Below the pieces are notes generated by a model. It saw only the letters and a program-made list of their open reading frames with translations. It was not told the DNA's origin and searched no databases. Shown here in pieces: positions 42,675 through 56,880 of a stretch of DNA of 64,000 bases. The stretch lies in assembly GCF_009914755.1 (NCBI RefSeq), contig NC_060948.1, one strand, 5' to 3'. A program made the translations under genes and the position numbers. Source of the DNA: the human T2T-CHM13v2.0 reference genome, Homo sapiens. Numbering within the stretch: position 1 is the first letter of the stretch; every line of letters starts with the position of its first letter.

Positions 42675-45600
42675 TGAAAAAGAATTGAATGGAATAGAAC
42701 AGAATGGAATCAAATCGAATGAAATTGAATGGAATAGAAAGGAATGGAAAGGATTCGAATGGAATGCAATCGAATGGAATGGAATCGAACGGAATGGAAT
42801 AAAATGGAAGAAAACTGGCAAGAAATGGAATCGAAATGAATGGAGTGTTATGGAACGGACTCAAAAGGAATTGAATGTAATAGAATGGAGTGGAGTGGAT
42901 TCGAATATAATGGACTGGAATGGAATGAAATCACATGGAATGGGAACGAATGGAATGGAATGGAAAGGAATGGAATCGAATGGAAAGGAATCGAATGGAA
43001 GGGAATGAAATTGAATCAACAGGAATGGAAGGGAATAGAATAGACGGTAATGGAATGGACTCGAATAGAATGGACACGAATGCTCAAATTGAATGGACTC
43101 GAGTGGAATGGAAACGAAAGGAATGTCATCGAATGGAATTGAATCGATTGGAATGAAATCGCATAGAATGGAGTGGAATCAAATGGAATTGAATCGAAAG
43201 GAAAGGAAGCGAATGGACTGAAATGAAATGGAATGGAATTGAATGGAAAGTAATGCAATGGAATAGAATGGAACGAAATTTCACGGAATGGAATCAAACT
43301 GAATGGAATCAAATCAATGGAATCAAATCAAATGGAATGGAAAGGAATTGAATGGAGTAGATTGGATTGGATGGGATTGGAATGAAATGTACTGGAAAGG
43401 ACTCGAATTTCATGAAACGGAATGGAATGAATTGGAACGGAATGGACTCGAATGGAATGGAATGTCATGGAATGGCATCAAATGGAATGGCATCAAATGG
43501 AATGGAATTGAATGCAATGGAATGCTATGGAATGGAATGGAATGCATTGGAATGTAATGTCCTCTAATGGAATGGATTCGAGTGGAATGGAATCGAATAT
43601 AATGGAGTCGAATGAAATGGAATTGAAAGGAATGGGATCGAATACAATGGAATATACTGGAATGTAATGTAATGAACTCGAATGTAATTGACTGGAATGG
43701 AATGTACATGAATGGAATGTAATCGAATGGAAAGTAATCCAATGGAATAGAATCTAATGCAATAAAATCGACTCAGATAGAGTAGAATGTAATGGAATGG
43801 AGTGCAGTGCAATGGAATGGAATGGAATGGAATGCAATGGAATGGAATGGAATGGAATGGAATGGAATGGAATGGAATGGGATGGGTTGGAATGGTATGG
43901 AATGGATAGTAATGGACTGGAGTGAAATGGACTGGAAAGGAATGGACTCAAATTGAAAGGGCTCGAAAGGAATGGAGCCAAATGGAATGGTCTGGAATGG
44001 AATGAACACGAATGTAATGCAATCCAATAGAATGGAATCGAATGGCATGGAATATAAAGAAATGGAATCGAAGAGAATGGAAAAAAATGGAATGGAATTG
44101 AATGGAATGGAATTGAATGGAATGGGAACGAATGGAGTGAAATTTTATGCAGCAGAAAGGAATAGAATGGAATGCAAGCGAAAGGAAAGGAATGGATTGG
44201 AATGGAATGGAATTCATTGGAATGGAAGGGAATGTAGTGTAATGGACAGGCCTGGAATAAAGTGGAATGCTACGGTCTCGAATGGAATAAAAATGTATGG
44301 AATGGAATGCAATGAAACGGAATCGAATGTCATAGAATGTAATGGAATGCAAAAAAATGGAATCCAAAATCATTGACTGGAAAGGCTGGGTGTCGAAAGG
44401 AATTGACTCCAATGGAATGGAATCGAATGGAATGGAAGTGAATAGAATCGAACTAAATCGAATGGAATGGAATTGATAGGAACGGAATGGAAAGGAATGC
44501 AATGATTTGGCATGGAATGGAATCGAATGGCATCGAATGGAATGGAATGGAATGCAATGGAATGGAATGTATTAGAATGTAATGAACTTTAATGGAATGT
44601 ACTCGAATGGATTCGACTGGAATGGAATGTTCCGGAAGTGAATGGACTCCAATGGAATGGATTCAAAAGGAATGGAATCGTACGGAATGGAATCTAATGG
44701 AATGGAATTAAATGGAAATGAATCAAATTGAATAGCACGGAATTGAATTGAATGGAATGGAATGCAATGGAATCTAATGAAACGGAAAGGAAAGGAATGG
44801 AATGGAACGGAATGGGCTGGAATGGAAAGGAATCGAAACGAATGGAATGGAATCGAACTGAAGAGACTGGAATGGAATGCACTGGAATGGAAGGGAGTGT
44901 AATGGAAGGTTCTCGAAAAAAATGGAATCGAATGGAATGGAATTGAATGGAACGGAATAGAGTCGAATGGAATTGAATGGAATGGAATGGACTAGAGTGA
45001 AATGGAATCGAACCACAAGGAATGGACAGGAATAGAATGGTCTCGAATTGAATGGAATCGTATGGAATGACATCAAACGGAATGGAATGGACAGCCACGG
45101 AATGGAATGCACTCGAATGCAATGGAGTCGAAACTAATGGACTGGAATAGAATGGACTCGACTGGTACGGACTCCAATGGAATGGAATCGAATGGAAGGG
45201 AATCGAACGGAATGGACTCGAAGGGAAAAGACTGCAATGGAAAGGTCTCGAATGGAATGGAAATTAATGGAATGGAATGGAATCGAATGAAATGGAGTCA
45301 AAAGGAATGGAATCGAATGGCAAGAAATCGAATGTAATGGAATCGCAAGGAATTGATGTGAACGGAACGGAATGGAATGGAATCCAAAGGAATGGAATAG
45401 AATGGAATGGAATCGAATGGAAAGGACTCGAATGGAAATCACTCGAATAGAATGCAATTTAATAAAATAGGATCAAATGTAATGGAATGGAATGGAAAGG
45501 AATCGAAACGAAAGGAATGGAGACAGATGGAATGGAATGGAACAGAGAGCAATGGTATAGAATGGAATGGAATCATGTGGAATGGAATTGAATGGAATGG

Positions 45601-46218
45601 AATAATATGAAATGGAATGGAATGGAATGCCCTTGAATTAAATGGACTGGAATGGAATGGACTCGAACAGAGTGGAATGGAAAGTGTTGAGATAGAATGG
45701 AATGGACTCCTTTGGAATGGTGTAGTATGCAATGCAATCGACTGGCCGGGAATCAAAAGGAATGTAATGGAATGGATTGGACTGGAATGCAATGGACTCG
45801 AATAGATTGGAAACGGAATGCAAAGGAATGGAATGGAATAGTATGGAATGGAATGGAAAGGAATGGAGTGGAATAGACTAGAGTGGAATGGAATGGACTG
45901 GAAAGCAATGGACTGGAATGGAACATTCTTGAATGGACTGGAATCAAACGGAATGGAATGCAATGCAATCAAATGGCATGGAATAAAATAGAATGAAAGA
46001 GAATCAAATGGAATTGAATCGAATGGAATCGAATGGATTGGAAAGGAATAGAATGGAATGGAATGGAATTGACTCAAATGGAATGGACTAGAATGGAATG
46101 GATTCGAATGGAAGGCAAAGGAATGGAATCTATTGGAATGGACTGTAATGGAATGGAATGGAAGGGATTGGAATGGACTCGAATGGAATGGACTGCAATA
46201 GAAAGGATTCGAATGGAA
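42675..46218 (+). repeat. DYZ1 unit 13 (3544 bp)
   Basis: Markers AATTTTATGCAGCAGAAAGG (~44141), TCCGGA (~44631), TGGCCGGG (~45743). Confidence 0.9.
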
Positions 46219-49200
46219 TGAAAAAGAATTGAATGGAATAGAACAGAATGGAATCAAATCGAATGAAATTGAATGGAATAGAAAGGAATGGAAAGGATTC
46301 GAATGGAATGCAATCGAATGGAATGGAATCGAACGGAATGGAATAAAATGGAAGAAAACTGGCAAGAAATGGAATCGAAATGAATGGAGTGTTATGGAAC
46401 GGACTCAAAAGGAATTGAATGTAATAGAATGGAGTGGAGTGGATTCGAATATAATGGACTGGAATGGAATGAAATCACATGGAATGGGAACGAATGGAAT
46501 GGAATGGAAAGGAATGGAATCGAATGGAAAGGAATCGAATGGAAGGGAATGAAATTGAATCAACAGGAATGGAAGGGAATAGAATAGACGGTAATGGAAT
46601 GGACTCGAATAGAATGGACACGAATGCTCAAATTGAATGGACTCGAGTGGAATGGAAACGAAAGGAATGTCATCGAATGGAATTGAATCGATTGGAATGA
46701 AATCGCATAGAATGGAGTGGAATCAAATGGAATTGAATCGAAAGGAAAGGAAGCGAATGGACTGAAATGAAATGGAATGGAATTGAATGGAAAGTAATGC
46801 AATGGAATAGAATGGAACGAAATTTCACGGAATGGAATCAAACTGAATGGAATCAAATCAATGGAATCAAATCAAATGGAATGGAAAGGAATTGAATGGA
46901 GTAGATTGGATTGGATGGGATTGGAATGAAATGTACTGGAAAGGACTCGAATTTCATGAAACGGAATGGAATGAATTGGAACGGAATGGACTCGAATGGA
47001 ATGGAATGTCATGGAATGGCATCAAATGGAATGGCATCAAATGGAATGGAATTGAATGCAATGGAATGCTATGGAATGGAATGGAATGCATTGGAATGTA
47101 ATGTCCTCTAATGGAATGGATTCGAGTGGAATGGAATCGAATATAATGGAGTCGAATGAAATGGAATTGAAAGGAATGGGATCGAATACAATGGAATATA
47201 CTGGAATGTAATGTAATGAACTCGAATGTAATTGACTGGAATGGAATGTACATGAATGGAATGTAATCGAATGGAAAGTAATCCAATGGAATAGAATCTA
47301 ATGCAATAAAATCGACTCAGATAGAGTAGAATGTAATGGAATGGAGTGCAGTGCAATGGAATGGAATGGAATGGAATGCAATGGAATGGAATGGAATGGA
47401 ATGGAATGGAATGGAATGGAATGGGATGGGTTGGAATGGTATGGAATGGATAGTAATGGACTGGAGTGAAATGGACTGGAAAGGAATGGACTCAAATTGA
47501 AAGGGCTCGAAAGGAATGGAGCCAAATGGAATGGTCTGGAATGGAATGAACACGAATGTAATGCAATCCAATAGAATGGAATCGAATGGCATGGAATATA
47601 AAGAAATGGAATCGAAGAGAATGGAAAAAAATGGAATGGAATTGAATGGAATGGAATTGAATGGAATGGGAACGAATGGAGTGAAATTTTATGCAGCAGA
47701 AAGGAATAGAATGGAATGCAAGCGAAAGGAAAGGAATGGATTGGAATGGAATGGAATTCATTGGAATGGAAGGGAATGTAGTGTAATGGACAGGCCTGGA
47801 ATAAAGTGGAATGCTACGGTCTCGAATGGAATAAAAATGTATGGAATGGAATGCAATGAAACGGAATCGAATGTCATAGAATGTAATGGAATGCAAAAAA
47901 ATGGAATCCAAAATCATTGACTGGAAAGGCTGGGTGTCGAAAGGAATTGACTCCAATGGAATGGAATCGAATGGAATGGAAGTGAATAGAATCGAACTAA
48001 ATCGAATGGAATGGAATTGATAGGAACGGAATGGAAAGGAATGCAATGATTTGGCATGGAATGGAATCGAATGGCATCGAATGGAATGGAATGGAATGCA
48101 ATGGAATGGAATGTATTAGAATGTAATGAACTTTAATGGAATGTACTCGAATGGATTCGACTGGAATGGAATGTTCCGGAAGTGAATGGACTCCAATGGA
48201 ATGGATTCAAAAGGAATGGAATCGTACGGAATGGAATCTAATGGAATGGAATTAAATGGAAATGAATCAAATTGAATAGCACGGAATTGAATTGAATGGA
48301 ATGGAATGCAATGGAATCTAATGAAACGGAAAGGAAAGGAATGGAATGGAACGGAATGGGCTGGAATGGAAAGGAATCGAAACGAATGGAATGGAATCGA
48401 ACTGAAGAGACTGGAATGGAATGCACTGGAATGGAAGGGAGTGTAATGGAAGGTTCTCGAAAAAAATGGAATCGAATGGAATGGAATTGAATGGAACGGA
48501 ATAGAGTCGAATGGAATTGAATGGAATGGAATGGACTAGAGTGAAATGGAATCGAACCACAAGGAATGGACAGGAATAGAATGGTCTCGAATTGAATGGA
48601 ATCGTATGGAATGACATCAAACGGAATGGAATGGACAGCCACGGAATGGAATGCACTCGAATGCAATGGAGTCGAAACTAATGGACTGGAATAGAATGGA
48701 CTCGACTGGTACGGACTCCAATGGAATGGAATCGAATGGAAGGGAATCGAACGGAATGGACTCGAAGGGAAAAGACTGCAATGGAAAGGTCTCGAATGGA
48801 ATGGAAATTAATGGAATGGAATGGAATCGAATGAAATGGAGTCAAAAGGAATGGAATCGAATGGCAAGAAATCGAATGTAATGGAATCGCAAGGAATTGA
48901 TGTGAACGGAACGGAATGGAATGGAATCCAAAGGAATGGAATAGAATGGAATGGAATCGAATGGAAAGGACTCGAATGGAAATCACTCGAATAGAATGCA
49001 ATTTAATAAAATAGGATCAAATGTAATGGAATGGAATGGAAAGGAATCGAAACGAAAGGAATGGAGACAGATGGAATGGAATGGAACAGAGAGCAATGGT
49101 ATAGAATGGAATGGAATCATGTGGAATGGAATTGAATGGAATGGAATAATATGAAATGGAATGGAATGGAATGCCCTTGAATTAAATGGACTGGAATGGA

Positions 49201-49762
49201 ATGGACTCGAACAGAGTGGAATGGAAAGTGTTGAGATAGAATGGAATGGACTCCTTTGGAATGGTGTAGTATGCAATGCAATCGACTGGCCGGGAATCAA
49301 AAGGAATGTAATGGAATGGATTGGACTGGAATGCAATGGACTCGAATAGATTGGAAACGGAATGCAAAGGAATGGAATGGAATAGTATGGAATGGAATGG
49401 AAAGGAATGGAGTGGAATAGACTAGAGTGGAATGGAATGGACTGGAAAGCAATGGACTGGAATGGAACATTCTTGAATGGACTGGAATCAAACGGAATGG
49501 AATGCAATGCAATCAAATGGCATGGAATAAAATAGAATGAAAGAGAATCAAATGGAATTGAATCGAATGGAATCGAATGGATTGGAAAGGAATAGAATGG
49601 AATGGAATGGAATTGACTCAAATGGAATGGACTAGAATGGAATGGATTCGAATGGAAGGCAAAGGAATGGAATCTATTGGAATGGACTGTAATGGAATGG
49701 AATGGAAGGGATTGGAATGGACTCGAATGGAATGGACTGCAATAGAAAGGATTCGAATGGAA
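46219..49762 (+). repeat. DYZ1 unit 14 (3544 bp, copy of unit 13)
   Basis: Unit 13 markers repeated at offset 3544. Confidence 0.9.
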
Positions 49763-52700
49763 TGAAAAAGAATTGAATGGAATAGAACAGAATGGAATCA
49801 AATCGAATGAAATGGAATGGAATAGAAAGGAATGGAATGAAATGGAATGGAAAGGATTCGAATGGAATGCAATCGAATGGAATGGAATCGAACGGAATGG
49901 AATAAAATGGAAGAAAACTGGCAAGAAATGGAATCGAAATGAATGGAGTGTTATGGAACGGACTCAAAAGGAATTGAATGTAATAGAATGGAGTGGAGTG
50001 GACTCGAATATAATGGACTGGAATGGAATGAAATCACATGGAATGGGAACGAATGGAATGGAATGGAAAAGAATGGAATCGAATGGAAAGGAATCGAATG
50101 GAAGGGAATGAAATTGAATCAACAGGAATGGAAGGGAATAGAATAGATGGTAATGGAATGGACTCGAATAGAATGGACACGAATGCTCAAATTGAATGGA
50201 CTCGAATGGAATGGAAACTAAAGGAATGTCATCGAATGGAATTGAATCGATTGGAATGAAATCGCATAGAATGGAGTGGAATCAAATGGAATTGAATCGA
50301 AAGGAAAGGAAGCGAATGCACTGAAATGAAATGGAATGGAATTGAATGGAAAGTAATGCAATGGAATAGAATGGAACGAAATTTCACGGAATGGAATCAA
50401 ACTGAATGGAATCAAATCAATGGAATCAAATTAAATGGAATGGAAAGGAATTGAATGGAGTAGATTGGATTGGATGAGATTGGAATGAAATGAACTGGAA
50501 AGGACTCGAATTTCATGAAACGGAATGGAATGAATTGGAATGGAATGGACTCGAATGGAATGGAATGTCATGGAATGGCATCAAATGGAATGGCATCACA
50601 TGGAATGGAATCGAATGCAATGGAATGCTACGGAATGGAATGGAATGCATTGGAATGGAATGTCCTCTAATGGAATGGATTCGAGTGGAATGGAATCGAA
50701 TATAATGGAGTCGAATGAAATGGAATTGAAAGGAATGGGATCGAATACAATGGAATATACTGGAATGTAATGTAATGAACTCGAATGTAATTGACTGGAA
50801 TGGAATGTACATGAATGGAATGTAATCGAATGGAAAGTAATCCAATGGAATAGAATCTAATGCAATAAAATCGACTCAGATAGAGTAGAATGTAATGGAA
50901 TGGAGTGCAGTGCAATGGAATGGAATGGAATGGAATGGAATGCAATGGAATGGAATGGAATGGAATGGAATGTGATGGGATGGAATGGTATGGAATGGAT
51001 AGTAATGGACTGGAGTGAAATGGACTGGAAAGGAATGGACTCAAATTGAAAGGGCTCGAAAGGAATGGAGTCAAATGGAATGGTCTGGAATGGAATGAAC
51101 ACGAATGTAATGCAATCCAATAGAATGGAATCGAATGGCATGGAATATAAAGAAATGGAATCGAAGAGAATGGAAACAAATGGAATGGAATTGAATGGAA
51201 TGGAATTGAATGGAATGGGAACGAATGGAGTGAAATTGTATGCAGTAGAAGGGAATAGAATGGAATGCAAGCGAAAGGAAAGGAATGGATTGGAATGGAA
51301 TGGAATTCATTGGAATGGAAGGGAATGTAGTGTAATGGACAGGCCTGGAATAAAGTGGAATGCTACGGTCTCGAATGGAATAAAAATGTATGGAATGGAA
51401 TGCAATGAAACGGAATCGAATGTCATAGAATGTAATGGAATGCAAAAAAATGGAATCCAAAATCATTGACTGGAAAGGCTGGGTGTCGAAAGGAATTGAC
51501 TCCAATGGAATGGAATCGAATGGAATGGAAGTGAATAGAATCGAACTAAATCGAATGGAATGGAATTGATAGGAACGGAATGGAAAGGAATGCAATGATT
51601 TGGCATGGAATGGAATCGAATGGCATCGAATGGAATGGAATGGAATGCAATGGAATGGAATGTATTAGAATGTAATGAACTTTAATGGAATGTACTCGAA
51701 TGGATTCGACTGGAATGGAATGTTCTGGAAGTGAATGGACTCCAATGGAATGGATTCAAAAGGAATGGAATCGTACGGAATGGAATCTAATGGAATGGAA
51801 TTAAATGGAAATGAATCAAATTGAATAGCACGGAATTGAATTGAATGGAATGGAATGCAATGGAATCTAATGAAACGGAAAGGAAAGAAATGGAATGGAA
51901 TGGAATGGAATGGGCTGGAATGGAAAGGAATCGAAACGAATGGAATGGAATCGAAGTGAAGAGACTGGAATGGAATGCACTGGAATGGAAGGGAGTGTAA
52001 TGGAAGGTTCTCGAAAAAAATGGAATCGAATGGAATGGAATTGAATGGAACGGAATAGAGTCGAATGGAATTGAATGGAATGGAATGGACTAGAGTGAAA
52101 TGGAATCGAACCACAAGGAATGGACAGGAATAGAATGGTCTCGAATTGAATGGAATCGTATGGAATGGCATCAAACGGAATGGAATGGACAGCCACGGAA
52201 TGGAATGCACTCGAATGCAATGGAGTCGAAACTAATGGACTGGAATAGAATGGACTCGACTGGTACGGACTCCAATGGAATGGAATCGAATGGAAGGGAA
52301 TCGAACGGAATGGACTCGAAGGGAAAAGACTGCAATGGAAAGGTCTCGAATGGAATGGAAATTAATGGAATGGAATGGAATCGAATGAAATGGAGTCAAA
52401 AGGAATGGAATCGAATGGCAAGAAATCGAATGTAATGGAATCGCAAGGAATTGATGTGAACGGAACGGAATGGAATGGAATCCAAAGGAATGGAACAGAA
52501 TGGAATGGAATCGAATGGAAAGGACTCGAATGGAAATCACTCGAATAGAATGCAATTTAATAAAATAGGATCAAATGTAATGGAATGGAATGGAAAGGAA
52601 TCGAAACGAAAGGAATGGAGACAGATGGAATGGAATGGAACAGAGAGCAATGGTATAGAATGGAATGGAATCATCTGGAATGGAATTGAATGGAATGGAA

Positions 52701-53311
52701 TAATATGAAATGGAATGGAATGGAATGGAATGGAATGCCCTTGAATTAAATGGACTGGAATGGAATGGACTCGAACAGAGTGGAATGGAAAGTGTTGAGA
52801 TAGAATGGAATGGACTCCTTTGGAATGGTGTAGTATGCAATGCAATCGACTGGCAGGGAATCAAAAGGAATGTAATCGAATGGATTGGACTGGAATGCAA
52901 TGGACTCGAATAGATTGGAAACGGAATGCAAAGGAATGGAATGGAATAGTATGGAATGGAATGGAAAGGAATGGAGTGGAATAGACTAGAGTGGAATGGA
53001 ATGGACTGGAAAGCAATGGACTGGAATGGAACATTCTTGAATGGACTGGAATCAAACGGAATGGAATGCAATGCAATCAAATGGCATGGAATAAAATAGA
53101 ATGAAAGAGAATCAAATGGAATTGAATCGAATGGAATCGAATGGATTGGAAAGGAATAGAATGGAATGGAATGGAATGGACTAGAATGGAATGGATTCGA
53201 ATGGAAGGCAAAGGAATGGAATCTATTGGAATGGACTGTAATGGAATGGAATGGAAGGGATTGGAATGGACTCGAATGGAATGGACTGCAATAGAAAGGA
53301 TTCGAATGGAA
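49763..53311 (+). repeat. DYZ1 unit 15 (3549 bp)
   Basis: Landmark spacing; private variants such as GATGAGAT (~50473) and TGTGATGGGA (~50971). Confidence 0.9.
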
Positions 53312-56300
53312 TGAAAAAGAATTCAATGGAATAGAACAGAATGGAATCAAATCGAATGAAATGGAATGGAATAGAAAGGAATGGAATGAAATGGAATGGA
53401 AAGGATTCGAATGGAATGCAATCGAATGGAATGGAATCGAACGGAATGGAATAAAATGGAAGAAAACTGGCAAGAAATGGAATCGAAATGAATGGAGTGT
53501 TATGGAACGGACTCAAAAGGAATTGAATGTAATAGAAGGGAGTGGAGTGGACTCGAATATAATGGACTGGAATGGAATGAAATCACATGGAATGGGAACG
53601 AATGGAATGGAATGGAAAGGAATGGAATCGAATGGAAAGGAATCGAATGGAAGGGAATGAAATTGAATCAACAGGAATGGAAGGGAATAGAATAGACGGT
53701 AATGGAATGGACTCGAATAGAATGGACACGAATGCTCAAATTGAATGGACTCGAATGGAATGGAAACGAAAGGAATGTCATCGAATGGAATTGAATCGAT
53801 TGGAATGAAATCGCATAGAATGGAGTGGAATCAAATGGAATTGAATCGAAAGGAAAGGAAGCGAATGGACTGAAATGAAATGGAATGGAATTGAATGGAA
53901 AGTAATGCAATGGAATAGAATGGAACGAAATTTCACGGAATGGAATCAAACTGAATGGAATCTAATCAATGGAATCAAATCAAATGGAATGGAAAGGAAT
54001 TGAATGGAGTAGATTGGATTGGATGGGATTGGAATGAAATGTACTGGAAAGGACTCGAATTTCGTGAAACGGAATGGAATGAATTAGAACGGAATGGACT
54101 CGAATGGAATGGAATGTCATGGAATGGCATCAAATGGAATGGCATCAAATGGAATGGAATAGAATGCAATGGAATGCTAAGGAATGGAATGGAATGCATT
54201 GGAATGGAATGTCCTCTAATGGAATGGATTCGAGTGGAATGGAATCGAATATAATGGAGTCGAATGAAATGGAATTGGAAGGAATGGGATCGAATACAAT
54301 GGAATATACTGGAATGTAATGTAATGAACTCGAATGTAATTGACTGGAATGGAATGTACATGAATGGAATGTAATCGAATGGAAAGTAATCCAATGGAAT
54401 AGAATCTAATGCAATAAAATCGACTCAGATAGAGTAGAATGTAATGGAATGGAGTGCAGTGCAATGGAATGGAATGGAATGGAATGCAATGGAATGGAAT
54501 GGAATGGAATGGAATGGAATGGAATGGAATGGAATGGAATGGGATGGAATGGTATGGAATGGACAGTAATGGACTGGAGTGAAATGGACTGGAAAGGAAT
54601 GGACTCAAATTGAAAGGGCTCGAAAGGAATAGAGACAAATGGAATGGTCTGGAATGGAATGAACACGAATGTAATGCAATCCAATAGAATGGAATCGAAT
54701 GGCATGGAATATAAAGAAATGGAATCGAAGAGAATGGAAACAAATGGAATGGAATTGAATGGAATGGAATTGAATGGAATGGGAACGAATGGAGTGAAAT
54801 TGTATGCAGTAGAAGGGAATAGAATGGAATGCAAGCGAAAGGAAAGGAATGGATTAGAATGGAATGGAATTCATTGGAATGGAAGGGAATGTAGTGTAAT
54901 GGACAGGCCTGGAATAAAGTGGAATGCTACGGTCTCGAATGGAATAAAAATGTATGGAATGGAATGCAATGAAACGGAATCGAATGTCATAGAATGTAAT
55001 GGAATGCAACAAAATGGAATCCAAAATCATTGACTGGAAAGGCTGGGTGTCGAAAGGAATTGACTCCAATGGAATGGAATCGAATGGAATGGAAGTGAAT
55101 AGAATCGAACTAAATCGAATGGAATGGAATTGATAGGAACGGAATGGAAAGGAATGCAATGATTTGGCATGGAATGGAATCGAATGGCATCGAATGGAAT
55201 GGAATGGAATGCAATGGAATGGAATGTATTAGAATGTAATGAACTTTAATGGAATGTACTCGAATGGATTCGACTGGAATGGAATGTTCTGGAAGTGAAT
55301 GGACTCCAATGGAATGGATTCAAAAGGAATGGAATCGTACGGAATGGAATCCAATGGGATGGAATTAAATGGAAATGAATCAAATTGAATAGCACGGAAT
55401 TGAATTGAATGGAATGGAATGCAATGGAATCTAATGAAACGGAAAGGAAAGGAATGGAATGGAATGGAATGGGCTGGAATGGAAAGGAATCGAAACGAAT
55501 GGAATGGAATCGAACTGAAGAGACTGGAATGGAATGCACTGGAATGGAAGGGAGTGTAATGGAAGGTTCTCGAAAAAAATGGAATCGAATGGAATGGAAT
55601 TGAATGGAACGGAATAGAGTCGAATGGAATTGAATGGAATGGAATGGACTAGAGTGAAATGGAATCGAACCACAAGGAATGGACAGGAATAGAATGGTCT
55701 CGAATTGAGTGGGATCGTATGGAATGGCATCAAACGGAATGGAATGGACAGCCACGGAATGGAATGCACTCGAATGCAATGGAGTCGAAACTAATGGACT
55801 GGAATAGAATGGACTCGACTGGTACGGACTCCAATGGAATGGAATCGAATGGAAGGGAATCGAACGGAATGGACTCGAAGGGAAAAGACTGCAATGGAAA
55901 GGTCTCGAATGGAATGGAAATTAATGGAATGGAATGGAATCGAATGAAATGGAGTCAAAAGGAATGGAATCGAATGGCAAGAAATCGAATGTAATGGAAT
56001 CGCAAGGAATTGATGTGAACGGAACGGAATGGAATGGAATCCAAAGGAATGGAATAGAATGGAATGGAATCGAATGGAAAGGACTCGAATGGAAATCACT
56101 CGAATAGAATGCAATTTAATAAAATAGGATCAAATGTAATGGAATGGAATGGAAAGGAATCGAAATGAAAGGAATGGAGACAGATGGAATGGAATGGAAC
56201 AGAGAGCAATGGTATAGAATGGAATGGAATCATCTGGAATGGAATTGAATGGAATGGAATAATATGAAATGGAATGGAATGGAATGGAATGGAATGGAAT

Positions 56301-56880
56301 GCCCTTGAATTAAATGGACTGGACTCGAACAGAGTGGAATGGAAAGTGTTGAGATAGAATGGAATGGACTCCTTTGGAATGGTGTAGTATGCAATGCAAT
56401 CGACTGGCATGGAATCAAAAGGAATGTAATGGAATGGATTGGACTGGAATGCAATGGACTCGAATAAATTGCAAACGGAATGCAAAGGAATGGAATGGAA
56501 TAGTATGGAATGGAATGGAAAGGAATGGAGTGGAATAGACTAGAGTGGAATGGAATGGACTGGAAAGCAATGGACTGGAATGGAACTTTCTTGAATGGAC
56601 TGGAATCAAACGGAATGGAATGCAATGCAATCAAATGGCATGGAATAAAATAGAATGAAAGAGAATCAAATGGAATTGAATCGAATGGAATCGAATGGAT
56701 TGGAAAGGAATAGAATGGAATGGAATGGAATTGACTCAAATGGAATGGACTAGAATGGAATGGATTCGAATGGAAGGCAAAGGAATGGAATCTATTGGAA
56801 TGGACTGTAATGGAATGGAATGGAAGGGATTGGAATGGACTCGAATGGAATGGACTGCAATAGAAAGGATTCGAATGGAA
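53312..56880 (+). repeat. DYZ1 unit 16 (3569 bp)
   Basis: Landmark spacing; (GGAAT)10 at 54491-54540; 10-bp deletion near 56320. Confidence 0.9.

Noticed and set aside
48983-49924. Longest ORF (313 aa, minus strand) and similar 275-310 aa ORFs
   Set aside because: Their length depends on pentamer indels that join frames; equivalent regions are interrupted in other units, so the reading frame is not conserved.
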